The notes below the pieces were generated by a model. That model was not told the DNA's origin. It saw only the letters and a list, made by a program, of their open reading frames with translations, and made no database searches. A program made the position numbers and the translations under genes. A DNA stretch of 64,000 nt, taken from NCBI GenBank assembly GCA_039208735.1, contig JBCCQY010000019.1:1-64000 (forward strand). The letters are read 5' to 3'. This DNA is from Myxococcota bacterium. Lineage in GTDB: Bacteria; Myxococcota_A; UBA796; GCA-2862545. Shown one piece after another: positions 10,101 to 19,800 of this stretch (its first letter is position 1; every line of letters starts with the position of its first letter).

Positions 10101-10628
10101 CTAAATCGCTTTGCGACTTGGCAAAGTCCTTGGTTCACCCGACCAGGATGGTGGGCCACACGGGCACACTGGATCCTCGCTGGCTTCTACGGGGACCGCG
10201 AAGTCTTCCTGTCGAACCTCCATTCCGACCTTGCGTTCTTCGCGGTGATTCAGTCTTACGGCGTGCTCCACGGGCTCATCGTGCTCAGTCTGTACGGTGG
10301 ACTGGTGGCGTCGTTGTTGTGGTGGGGACACCGGCTCTTGGTCCTCGCAGAGGAGCGGCCCTTTTCGTTGCAGCCCAACGGCACGCGGGAGTGGAGTTCG
10401 GCCGTCGCATACTTCTCGATCTTTGCCGGCTTTTACATCCTGATGGAGGTGCTCGTCCACATCGGGACCTGCTTCAACACGGTTCCGCAAACGGGCATCA
10501 CGCTGCCTTGGGTGTCGTCGGGGGGGTCCGCGGCGACTGGGTTCGCCATCTTGGTGGGATGGGCGATGGGCGCGGTGGCCCCCGCTCACGCGGCTTTGCG
10601 CCAACCTACCCCCAGGGGGCAACGATGA
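7155..10628 (+). CDS. Giant SEDS-family (FtsW/RodA/SpoVE) peptidoglycan glycosyltransferase with an N-terminal extension of about 580 aa containing FHA-like segments
   Basis: C-terminal polytopic domain with LAEF, SDFGP, NLHSDL (catalytic-Asp motif) and PQTGITLPWVSSGGS; N-terminal TM helix followed by LTIGSGPLADLRL. Confidence 0.85.
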   Translation: MTWYESRPREVRWLVFLAFCVLLITLFFIPGTIVDQGPTIRLVGHLAPIGPGSVERLTIGSGPLADLRLTEALIPDQLGHLDIRRGPRGTRLALEYRHESRMRDALRTRRSGSASATDTNLNSVSFRMEDDVRLVSGLIETEGSPGDQRAVLKAVCEDPASEGTLTVGDPAHDVTFATVGLVDGEGIWIRDAEARSRSLVLPRRELAWRRIGQATLMMREAPHDLELALLPYDQFPSACDDACLRELARLGEAVRGNWFESPSDAIMDRVRAVPSLADSGSWPGMWRVIAPESFVQVGDGAPRPLLPAGAPAAEFSFGPAAASVYTAKELPATTTAGFDGANRVAMATYDVLQRMVSLVPGVDPPSELLVTRANTEGPSLHVVQCANLDACEEDCVQAVGRHPIAADTDWIVAGSGTHYRPKLKGDQIELRVEAPPSGRFRLLGSLAGGRLMSHNPHVRVPECRDDQWLVLEATTDERVLSESVEERTRSRLTRPGERVVHIPLPRWFVDLDRFPDVAKQGYTAVDAARLCSEPDGSLMVDERIPRWNGPPEPHLVADQSTFVLAGHRFQYFQQGPRLEQWLPLLGFGLLVVIQAWLAIRSLWASVRSDGFPWTQMLSIPIACVALLMIIGGLLQMHMSASQYLLGSPDYIHRHLVSGWVASTLLLAFVQLNQTRRTVAGTDAITLYHLTRSALTVVAVGAASLALWAAVDAGVWMALGPAPDELQVHEMVYHNVNQTVLRAWGVAGLLGLVAGGAWRFRDRLAETFDRWFMTLQPPSLFVTLQTGREPTSDQPRTGWRALLSSALGVVAVHDNGMLLRGLKWLGLATTLLAVGALLDALLGSRTFLGFDLKLAEFAPPIVGAGFASMLAGFSQESSGSRPWVLPARMLFFTLAIEALVIGFYGLRSDFGPLLVVIPSIWGVCIVWAFEVRRIKQPLQDLRYRLLGVLLAVGLCGLAIAGILWFFRASLTELPLVGVTLERGLNRFATWQSPWFTRPGWWATRAHWILAGFYGDREVFLSNLHSDLAFFAVIQSYGVLHGLIVLSLYGGLVASLLWWGHRLLVLAEERPFSLQPNGTREWSSAVAYFSIFAGFYILMEVLVHIGTCFNTVPQTGITLPWVSSGGSAATGFAILVGWAMGAVAPAHAALRQPTPRGQR

Positions 10629-13600
10629 CGCAGCTCACTCGTGTTCGCGAACTCGCGGTGTATGGAGTCGCCGCCATCGTCTTCCTCTTCGTCATCGGAT
10701 GGCTCTTTCGAACCACCCTGATCAACGGCCCCTTTGCAAACTCCTTCAGCGGACCTCGGCACTACATTCCGATCGACCAAGGAGTACGGCTGTTCTCTCT
10801 CCAAATCGATGACGAGGGTACGCGCTACGCACTCGATGCAAACCTCGATTGCATCGACGCCGAAGGCAAAGCGGTCAAGCAGCTCAGCCACAACGAGCAA
10901 ATGTACTGCGCATCGGGCAAGGCCCGCGCCGTTTTCGAGATGGACATGATCGGAGGGTCGACCGATCGGTTGTTGCTCACCGGCATGACGGTGACCATCC
11001 CGCCCGGGTCTGACGAAACGCTCGCCACCATGGGCATCGGTCGTGACAACGATGTGGTGGTGACCACGCCCGGCATGGGAGCAACGCACATCGTGCTCTT
11101 AGGCCTGGAAGCATGCGAATCCATGGCCGGCACGCGAGGGCCTGGACCCATCGTGACCTGCGTCCGGAATGACGGTCCACGAGATGGGCTCATCATCGAC
11201 TCCACGGCGAGTTGTGATGGGCCCCAGGTATACTGCGGCGACACCTTCCCGCGACGGATTGCGCTTGGTCGAGGCAGTGTGCAGGCCATTCGTGCCGGCG
11301 ACTGGCTTTGGGCCGGCCACTTGCCGTTCCAAGTCGACCAGCTCCGCGACACGCACGAGGGGCCGGAAGTCCGGTTGGCCATCCCGCATCACGACGCAGC
11401 CTGGCAGCGGATCGGCGGCGAACGTCGCTGGATGGCGCTCAGCCTTCCCCAGTGGCCCCTCTCACGCCGGATCAAGTTGGAAGAAGGCCGTGAGTACCCC
11501 GACCCACAGCGCATCCGGTTCTTCTCTCGCCGTGCGTTGTTCCGAAACGCGTTTGGTTTTTGGGTCGCCGATACGCATACCGCTGATGAAAGGATCGAGT
11601 GGCAGCTCGAAGAACACCTCCAGAAGGTGATCGACAACGAGCTGCTCTGCCTCGAAACCCCGTATCGGGCGGAGGCTAAGCTCGGGCGTCGCGACGCGTT
11701 CCCGCTTGAGTTGCGCTGGAACTTCGACCTCGGCGTGGGTTGCGACGGTCAACCTACGACTCCCCCCACCGCCCGGCTCGTGCGGCTCGCCCGCAACATG
11801 GCCAACGATCGGAGTGTTCGCGAAGCGATCGAACGGGCCAAAGCAGCCATGCGCGGCCTACCCTTCGAGGCACCCCGGCCCGAAGGACTCCCGTTGGTGT
11901 TCGATTGGGCGACCGTCGCCCACGATGACAACGGCACCGAAGTGATCGATGTCGTGCCGACCCGCCTTCTCGGCGTACATCCGCTGTCCACCCGGAACTC
12001 TCCGCGAACCACCGTGGTCAAGGCGACCGAACCCTGCGACGTCGCGAAGTCGGACGATGCGATGCCTCCAGTGTCGGTGCGCCAGCAAAGCACCTCTCCC
12101 ACCCTTTCGGTGGTTCAGGATGCAGACCGTCTGGGCCTTCGCGCTGGAACAAGCTTCCTTTTGGCGAGCCCTGCTGGATCGTTGTGCGCTGCTTTTGCGC
12201 CCGGTCGGGTGCCGATTCGCCAGGGCGGTACACTCGCGTTGGGCAACGGGCGCGTAGGCAACAAGCAGTTCACACTCGTCGAGGAGTCGATTGGCGGCTC
12301 ACGAACCGCCTGCCTGCAGTTCGCCCATCGGGACGGCGGCACCTACGTCGTCAGTGGCCCAGGAAACGGCACGGTCCGGCTCCGTCGACACGTTTCGCCC
12401 GGTGGCCTCGGAGATGTCATCGCCAGCTGGACGCAGCTCGAGGACGGCGATGTCGTTGTGCTTTCCGCCGGGAAGGCGGAGCTACATCTCGCCGCACGTG
12501 TCGACCGTCTCGACCTTGCAGCCTACAGCGTAGTCGCGGATGGAACGGTCAAGCGTCACTACCCCTTTGGGGAGGCCCTTGCGCCCCTGCTCGGCGTCCG
12601 TGGAGTGGTGCCCAAAGGGCTCGAGACATGGATTCAGCCCGAGGTGGTGGAGTCGTGGCGGGCGACGTGGCGAAACCAATGTCGAGGGGCCACCCCAAGC
12701 CACCCCGTTCCCGAAGGCGTCGATGGCATCCAGCTTACGATTCGCGGAGATCTGCAGCGCTTGGTGTATGGCGAACTCGAAGCCCGGCGCCTCCTGAGCA
12801 CGACCGAACTCGGTCTTCAAGCCGTCCTTCTCGATGGTCACACCGGTGACGTCCTCGCCGCGGCCAATGCACAGAGCTTCGACCCCAACAACATCAACGC
12901 CCTCGAAAAGCGACTGCGCGATCTTCGAGCCCTCGATGGTGGGCTTGTCCGCGTGCCCCCCGAATTCGACAACCTCGCTTTCAATCGCGACAAGCAAGTC
13001 GGCTCTGTGTACAAGCTGGCGACAAGCTACGCCATGGCGAACAGCATCGGGTTGCGGACGTTGCCGCTTCCCGAAACGGGCTGTGACCGCATTGTGTTCG
13101 CCGAAGCGTTTCGGCGGAAAGCTCCCTTGAGCCTTCGGGAATCGATCGATTGCGGAAGCGGTCGCAAATACCCCGAATCCCGAGGTGCATTCGAGGATGC
13201 CTTCCGGGGTTCGTGGAACCCGTACTTTGCGCTCGCCGCGATTCGGATGACGGACCCCAACGCGCGGGTGGAAGGACCCCTCGAGTCTGACCCAGCCCAG
13301 TGGTACATCCAGCTTTCCGACGACCTCGATCCGACCACTGCCATCGCCCTTGGTCACCCCATGGTCGACACGCTGCTGACGTTGTCGCACCGCATGCACT
13401 ACAGCATCGGCTTCCCCTACCAAGGGGCCGAGGTCATCGACGTCACCGTGGACGGAGGGGCGTCCCAACAGTGGAACTTCTCCGACACCCCACGGTGGCT
13501 GCCTGGCGTCGATCCCCAGGCGTTTTCGTACCCCTCCTTTTGGGGACCGGAACTCTACACCGTCGGGAATGGGGGCGAATGGGCCCGCGAACGTCGGAAG

Positions 13601-14464
13601 ATCGAGGTTGCAGGCATTGGTACGCGCACCACCGAGCCCCAGCACATCGCGGAGTTTGGCAAGGTCTCGTACGGTTTTGGCGGGGTGCAGGCCAGTGCCT
13701 TGTCGATGGCCGTCCTCGGAACACCGATGGTGGATGGCGCGATGCACCCTCCACGGGTCTTGGTGTTGGGTGACGAAGAGCCCTCTTCTGGCGTGCCCGT
13801 TCTGGACGAAGCGGATCGACGAACCATCCAACGTGCGATGGAGCGCGTGCTCCTCGATGGTACGGCCAGCGGCTTCTTTGGCCGCAAATGGGCTGGTCTG
13901 GGAGGCAAGACCGGCACCTACGCCATTGAGAAGCGGAAGGGACTGTCGGTTGCAAAGAGCGCCCGGGATCGCCAAATCTACGGTTGGGCCTGCGGTGCCT
14001 ACGATGCGCAAGTCGTGCCCGATGCGGTCTTAGAGACTGCCTTTTCCAAGCTGTGGCGAGGGCCTCACCGGGACCGTCTCAAACGGTGGTTTACCGAGGA
14101 GGCCTACCGCGGATTCGCCGCCGACGCGCCGTCGTGCGATCGATTGAACCCCAATCGGCCTGGCGTCTCTCGGCCCATCGAAGTCGAGCCGGGAACCATG
14201 CAGTACGGCGGCGACTGGCTCGAAGAGCACTACCGGCTTCAGCAACCCCGAAACCAGACGGTTCCTGGCAGCGCGATGCTGGTCGTGGCCTTCGACAGTG
14301 CCCAAGCGCACGACGATCCGCTACCGAAGCATGGGCTCCCTCCTGGCTGGATCCTAGCCGTGATCGCCGACGACGACGGCTCGAGTGGCGCCGCAAAATC
14401 CGCAGCTCGAAACGTCGTCCGACGACTGGGCGAGTACCTGTCGCTCCGAGACGCTGGGGAGTAG
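10625..14464 (+). CDS. Giant class B-type penicillin-binding protein (transpeptidase) with N-terminal TM helix and FHA-like domains
   Basis: ATGA overlap with the SEDS gene; RHYPFG...GLE, QLTIRGDLQ, LLDGHTGDVLAAAN; SVYK (13004-13015), SWN (13211-13219), KTG (13907-13915). Confidence 0.88.
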   Translation: MTQLTRVRELAVYGVAAIVFLFVIGWLFRTTLINGPFANSFSGPRHYIPIDQGVRLFSLQIDDEGTRYALDANLDCIDAEGKAVKQLSHNEQMYCASGKARAVFEMDMIGGSTDRLLLTGMTVTIPPGSDETLATMGIGRDNDVVVTTPGMGATHIVLLGLEACESMAGTRGPGPIVTCVRNDGPRDGLIIDSTASCDGPQVYCGDTFPRRIALGRGSVQAIRAGDWLWAGHLPFQVDQLRDTHEGPEVRLAIPHHDAAWQRIGGERRWMALSLPQWPLSRRIKLEEGREYPDPQRIRFFSRRALFRNAFGFWVADTHTADERIEWQLEEHLQKVIDNELLCLETPYRAEAKLGRRDAFPLELRWNFDLGVGCDGQPTTPPTARLVRLARNMANDRSVREAIERAKAAMRGLPFEAPRPEGLPLVFDWATVAHDDNGTEVIDVVPTRLLGVHPLSTRNSPRTTVVKATEPCDVAKSDDAMPPVSVRQQSTSPTLSVVQDADRLGLRAGTSFLLASPAGSLCAAFAPGRVPIRQGGTLALGNGRVGNKQFTLVEESIGGSRTACLQFAHRDGGTYVVSGPGNGTVRLRRHVSPGGLGDVIASWTQLEDGDVVVLSAGKAELHLAARVDRLDLAAYSVVADGTVKRHYPFGEALAPLLGVRGVVPKGLETWIQPEVVESWRATWRNQCRGATPSHPVPEGVDGIQLTIRGDLQRLVYGELEARRLLSTTELGLQAVLLDGHTGDVLAAANAQSFDPNNINALEKRLRDLRALDGGLVRVPPEFDNLAFNRDKQVGSVYKLATSYAMANSIGLRTLPLPETGCDRIVFAEAFRRKAPLSLRESIDCGSGRKYPESRGAFEDAFRGSWNPYFALAAIRMTDPNARVEGPLESDPAQWYIQLSDDLDPTTAIALGHPMVDTLLTLSHRMHYSIGFPYQGAEVIDVTVDGGASQQWNFSDTPRWLPGVDPQAFSYPSFWGPELYTVGNGGEWARERRKIEVAGIGTRTTEPQHIAEFGKVSYGFGGVQASALSMAVLGTPMVDGAMHPPRVLVLGDEEPSSGVPVLDEADRRTIQRAMERVLLDGTASGFFGRKWAGLGGKTGTYAIEKRKGLSVAKSARDRQIYGWACGAYDAQVVPDAVLETAFSKLWRGPHRDRLKRWFTEEAYRGFAADAPSCDRLNPNRPGVSRPIEVEPGTMQYGGDWLEEHYRLQQPRNQTVPGSAMLVVAFDSAQAHDDPLPKHGLPPGWILAVIADDDGSSGAAKSAARNVVRRLGEYLSLRDAGE

Positions 14465-14470
14465 CTCGAC

Positions 14471-16843
14471 ATGTTGGAACTCATGGACATCGGCACCCAG
14501 TTCGAGATCCACCAGCAGGTGGTCCGAGCGGCGGTCGAGAGCGCATGGAACGAGGTCTCCGAGGACTTCAATCGAAACCTGAGTCCCCACCTTCGCATCC
14601 TTTCGTGGAATCGCGCTTCGGGCGCGCTCGACCTGCGCAACGTTCGCCGCCGCAACGTGCGTTGGGCGTTTCGATCCGGGAGCCAGGCCGAGGGCAATCA
14701 GGTCTTGGGGCGAATCGTCTCCGCGAACCTGCTTGAGCATCAGACGCTCCAAGTCGATCTTCTCCACGACAGAACCATCAGCATGGCGTTCACGAACGCA
14801 GACGGCGAGCTGTCGACACTCGAGCGGCGAGAGGCGGGATGGTTTGCCGCTGATGGACGTATCGCCGTACTCCGACTCCCCGATCCGTTGGCCCTCGCCT
14901 GCAAGGGGTGCTGCGCCATTCAATGGACAGGCGGCCGAATTAACACGGTGAAGCTTAAAATTGGCTCGCTACTCCTCGGAGGCCTCCCCATTCCGGAGTG
15001 GTTCGAGGTCCAAGCGAACCTCGTTTTGGGTCCTCATCAGGAAGTGATCACGACGCACTCGGGCTCGAGCGCACCGTTGGCCATCGAAGTGCCCAGGCTC
15101 CGTCAGCTGACCGGCCGGCGCGTGCGTCCCGAACTCTCGCTGCAGCTTCGCGGCCATGTCGAGGGCGCCGATTACGAGCTCACGAACGTGCCGGTAGTGC
15201 TAGCCCCCGAGGGTCTTGCCCTTGGTCAGGACTACCAAATCTCGCGGGACCGTCCCCTGCGGACGCTGAATCTTCAGGGTCCGCCCATGATGCCGGACAC
15301 GCTCGAACTCTTGATTGCCCGCCGAGACTTCGGGTCGACGTTTCTCTGGCGACCGGCCCAGATTCGCAAGATCAGTACCGAGTACACGCTGGACGAAGGC
15401 GATGACGAAGCGGCCAACTATCGACTTGTCAAGCCGCTGACTGTCGATGCCTTTGACCCGCCCATCGGTCAGCTGTGCTTGGCGGTGGGTCGCACCGGAC
15501 ATCCCCCTGTGGCCGAGATCGATGGGTGGATCGAGATCGTGCCTCCTCCCTTTCAGTGCTGCTGGCGGCACCCCGTCACGGAAGGGCCTGGAGCCACGGT
15601 TCCAGCGCTAGCACTCGAAGGTCGCTGGCTGACCCCCGATGGTAGGATTCACGAGGTGACGCCCCTTGGTCAGGTACGCTACGCGGGCGTCGACGAGGAG
15701 GATCGCCTGGGTGAACTCGACGACACCCAATTCGATCCGATTCTCATTCCTCCGCCGCGTTCCATTGCGGATGACCTCCCTGACGACAGCCTCCAGGCCT
15801 GGTTGCCCAAACAAGCCTTGGTCCGACTGCGCAGCCAGAACCAACGTCGGGGAATTCAGCTCTCGAATCTCGATAAGCAGCGCCGAACCTCGGATGAGCT
15901 GGCTGTACGCCTCGGGGGGCCGGCGGTGAAGAAGGAGGATCCAGCCTTCAAGCCTCGTCGTGGGGTGTACCGAGGAGATCCGGCTGTCGTGGCCAATCTC
16001 GATGAGGTGCCGGTTCAGGGTCGCTACCTGGTGCTGCCTCGCCCCAGCCGAGGCGAAGCCCTGCGGATGCACATCTGGTTCCGGGGCATGCTGCTGCCCG
16101 CCACTCTGACCCGCCTGGATGCCGATGAACCGTCATCGATCACGAGGTCTAGACCACCACAATTCGCAATTCTCCTCGACGATCCGCTTCCGGTCGACGC
16201 ACCGCGGGCCCTCGACATTGGGCCCTTCCTTCCGGTGCGCGCCTGGCTCGATTCACAACAACAACGGTGTCGGCTTCAAGACGGCGGCACGCGGGAGACC
16301 TTCGCCTACGACCCTCGCGTTCCCTTCCCCTGGGTGAGCGATGCGCGGACCCTCCGCTACTTTTGGCCAGGCCATGGCTTCATGCGCCAGGCCCCACGCG
16401 CCCAACCCGGGGCCGAGTCGCCCCTTCCCCATGGCGCAGTGTCGTGGCGCGACTTGATTCTCTGGGGAGACAACCGTTCGATGACGTTCGGCGGCTGGAC
16501 GACCCAGGGAGTGTCGACCTCTTGGGCAGCATCCGGTCCGTTTTCCACGTGGGGCGTTCAATTCGGGGCACGGGGGTTGAACGAAGGCCCCTTCGTTACG
16601 GAGGACCAACTCCGAGATCCCGCGATTGGACCTGCCGGGTTCCGCGAGGCGTGTCAGGCCCTCTTCCAAACCGACCCACCAACCCGGGTGCAGTGGATCG
16701 ACCCAGACGATGGTGGCGAATGGCTCGCCTACCCCTTTGCCGATCCTGATGACCCCGATGCCCCTGTGACGCGCATCGAGGTGATCTCGCCCATCGGTGG
16801 CCTCGACGGTGCCCGCGGCGTCCGCATTTGGATGGCCCGGTGA
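14471..16843 (+). CDS. Hypothetical 790-aa protein, no obvious TM or signal peptide
   Basis: Long ORF 6 nt downstream of the PBP stop; GTGA overlap with the next gene. Confidence 0.8.
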   Translation: MLELMDIGTQFEIHQQVVRAAVESAWNEVSEDFNRNLSPHLRILSWNRASGALDLRNVRRRNVRWAFRSGSQAEGNQVLGRIVSANLLEHQTLQVDLLHDRTISMAFTNADGELSTLERREAGWFAADGRIAVLRLPDPLALACKGCCAIQWTGGRINTVKLKIGSLLLGGLPIPEWFEVQANLVLGPHQEVITTHSGSSAPLAIEVPRLRQLTGRRVRPELSLQLRGHVEGADYELTNVPVVLAPEGLALGQDYQISRDRPLRTLNLQGPPMMPDTLELLIARRDFGSTFLWRPAQIRKISTEYTLDEGDDEAANYRLVKPLTVDAFDPPIGQLCLAVGRTGHPPVAEIDGWIEIVPPPFQCCWRHPVTEGPGATVPALALEGRWLTPDGRIHEVTPLGQVRYAGVDEEDRLGELDDTQFDPILIPPPRSIADDLPDDSLQAWLPKQALVRLRSQNQRRGIQLSNLDKQRRTSDELAVRLGGPAVKKEDPAFKPRRGVYRGDPAVVANLDEVPVQGRYLVLPRPSRGEALRMHIWFRGMLLPATLTRLDADEPSSITRSRPPQFAILLDDPLPVDAPRALDIGPFLPVRAWLDSQQQRCRLQDGGTRETFAYDPRVPFPWVSDARTLRYFWPGHGFMRQAPRAQPGAESPLPHGAVSWRDLILWGDNRSMTFGGWTTQGVSTSWAASGPFSTWGVQFGARGLNEGPFVTEDQLRDPAIGPAGFREACQALFQTDPPTRVQWIDPDDGGEWLAYPFADPDDPDAPVTRIEVISPIGGLDGARGVRIWMAR

Positions 16844-19800
16844 TCTGGACCCTCGCTAGTCTGGCCTTCGCGGCGCCCTTGTGCCCTGCGGATGCACCGA
16901 AGCCCACGCTTCACGTGGTGTTGTGGGAACGTCGGCTGCCTGACAAACCAGGGCCGTTCGGCCGCCATCTCGCCAAGATGCGAGAGGCGTTCATCTCGCA
17001 TTGCAACTCGAGTATGGTTCAAGGCGATCTCGTAAGCGTGTTTCCTGAAGGCCTAACCCAGGGCCGCGCCGAAGCACTCCATCGACGGTTCGAGCGCCTT
17101 GGGGAAGGCGACTACGGCGCCGTCTACCAACTCCTTGAGCGGGTGGGCGCCCTCGCTCGCATCGGCGATGCAGACCCCCTAGACCCGGTCCACCTCGTCC
17201 TCGACGAGACCTCGTGCGAAACGCTGAACGCCGAGGTGTATGAAACCATCAACCGCCCCATGCTGCGAGGCTCCCAGCAGCTGGGCGATGAGGCATCCGC
17301 CTGGGCCAACCCGCGCGCCCAACGGGCCGTGTCCCACCCCGAACTCATGGTGCACCACGCCTTCGTGCAGGCGCAGACGCATTGGCGCAATGAGGGCATC
17401 CTCGACAAGGCGTGCCACCTCCCCTACGACCTCACGCTCTCCATCGTCGGACCGGGAGGCCGCAGCTACGAGGTGAACCGAGCCGATTCGCGAATCCTGG
17501 ATGACTACGGATCGCGAGCCCTGGCCTACTTCCACCACCTCCACCAGGCGCTCTACAACACCGGCATCGAACGCGAACTCGACGGCTACCGAACGTCCTC
17601 TCGGGTCGCCCTGCTCGACGAGGCCGGCCTCGACCACGACCCCCGGAACGGTGCGGCCTGGCGCTCCGAGGATGGTTCGTGGAATCCTCTATTTTGGACC
17701 GACCCCAAGGGGGAACCGCTCGAAGTTGACTTCACGGGAAAGCTGCCGGTATCGCTTTGGTTCAAGCATCTTCCACCGGCAACCCTGACGGTGCCCGACG
17801 GGGTGTCGTTGTGGGAGGTCGACGCGACCATCACGCGCAATGGTGTGCCGGTGGTCAACGTGCCCGTCGAACAAGTCGACCGCCAACTCGTCCTCAACCT
17901 CGATTCCGCTCGCTCCGACCTGCTTGACAGCTACACCTGGTCGGACCCCTTGGTCGGAGCGTTGGTCAGCCACGTGACCGTCGTCCGAACCGCGGGTGGC
18001 GAGGACCTTCCGCCGTTCCTGGTTGCCGACCCCCTGGAGGTCCTGCCTGCCCCACCGGTCCGCGTCGGGGTGTACTTCTACACCACCACCGAACTGATCA
18101 TCATCGGGGGATTGCTTGCGGCACTCGCCACACTCGGGTTGCTCGTCCGCGCCATCTTCTACCAACCACGGCGACTGGCCGCCGAGCTGCGGTGGCGAAC
18201 CCAGGATGCGCCGTGGCTCGTCGAGGACGACCTTATCGATCTCGAGAAGCTCCAAGATGCCACCGAGTTCGCTCGCGAGTCGACCATCGCACTGCGAGAC
18301 CCCTTCTCCTCACGTTGGGTGCCGGGTCGCCGAGGCCAATTCACCATTCGCGTGGCTCGCCGCTCCTTCGTCCAGGCACAACTCCCCCTACGCGACCATG
18401 AAGGCTTCCAGAACCTCACGGGAGCCCATTGGACGGCGACGGGCGCCAATGGCCTTCGGACCCAGGTGGAAGGCGTGCCGTCGAGTCGTCTCGATCGCCA
18501 GCTCGCCCTTCAAGTTGTGACCCGCCACGATCGCATCGATCACGCACAAATCGCCGATCTCGAAGGCGTTCTCGAGGGCCGGGAGCACTTGTCGGTTGTA
18601 TTGGAAGTCGACGTCCAGGTCGAGGATGCGCTGGGGCACTTCGAGCCCGTTCATACCGTGCTCTACAAGGCGCTACGGCTTCGCTCGGTTCGCGGTCAGC
18701 CCCAACCCATCGCCACGGTCCAGGTAGACGACGAGGGCCGCTACGTAGCGCTCCCCATCGATCGGCCCGAAGAGGGACCGTTCGGCGCCATCATCCTTCA
18801 GAATCCGGTTCGGAGGAGCTGCGTCACGCTCCCTGTGCATTGGACCATCCAGAATGCCCAGGCGGTGATGGCCAGCGAAGACGGCACGGTGGAGTGCCAC
18901 GACGTGCCCGTTCGGATGTTGATCCACCGGGAACTCGTCGCTGCGCATTCGTTCGTTCAGGACTGTGCCGAGACATCCGAGGTCATCCAACTTGCGCTTC
19001 TCCACCCTCCGGACGTGCTTGCGGAGGCGTCGCCCAAGCAATGGACCGTCAAGGTGAGCGTCCCCGTGTCCTGGCATGTGGTGGGCCAGCCCCATGCTGC
19101 ACACCACCAGACCCTGACCGCGCAGTATCGTCTATGGGACCCCGAACTTGCCCGCGCCGTGTGCATCGACTTCGGCGCCAGCGCAACGCGTATTCTGCTT
19201 CAAGATCCGGATCCTCACGAGTACGGCTACCTCCCCATGGCCCACGGGATCGAGGGGATCGAACCGATGGACTTCCCCGCCGAGGCCTTCCTCCACGAAG
19301 ATGACCAGGTGACGTTGCCCCCCCATGCTCGCCACGTGGCTGAGCCGGGCCGATTGGTCGAGTCGATCAAACATGCGATTCTCGGCAACACCGCGTCGAA
19401 CGACCTTCACCAAGCGCTTGAGCGGGTTGTGAAAGCACTCCTCGAGAGCCGATTGGCCCGACGCTTACAGACGGATCCAGAGGTGCTGACGCCCACCGGC
19501 GGTCGACGAACCCTCGAGCCGGGCCCTCGTCATCTCGTCGTTGCGACCGTTCCCAATGAGGCGCCCCCCGCGTACCGACAGTCGCTGGTGAACGGCATCC
19601 AAGCGAGCGAGGTGCTGGCCGACCGCGAAGTCCAGATTCTGGCCGAGGCCGAGGCCGTGGCCCTGTGGCGGGCGGGCCAGATTCTCGGCGAGACGAATGC
19701 GGAGCAAGCGCCCTTCCATCTGCTTGTCCTCGACGTCGGCGCGTCCAGTTCGGATGCCGCCGTCGTTCGGGTGGTCCCTCATCTCTATGAACCGCCCGAA

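Noticed and set aside
9797..10624. N-terminal 276 aa of the 1555-aa ORF
   Set aside because: Off-frame overlap with the SEDS gene; the real start is the ATG at 10625 (ATGA coupling, followed by a TM helix)
12482..14011. 509-aa minus-strand ORF and the many similar Arg/Pro-rich ORFs in the track
   Set aside because: Shadow ORFs expected in high-GC DNA, opposite or overlapping well-supported genes
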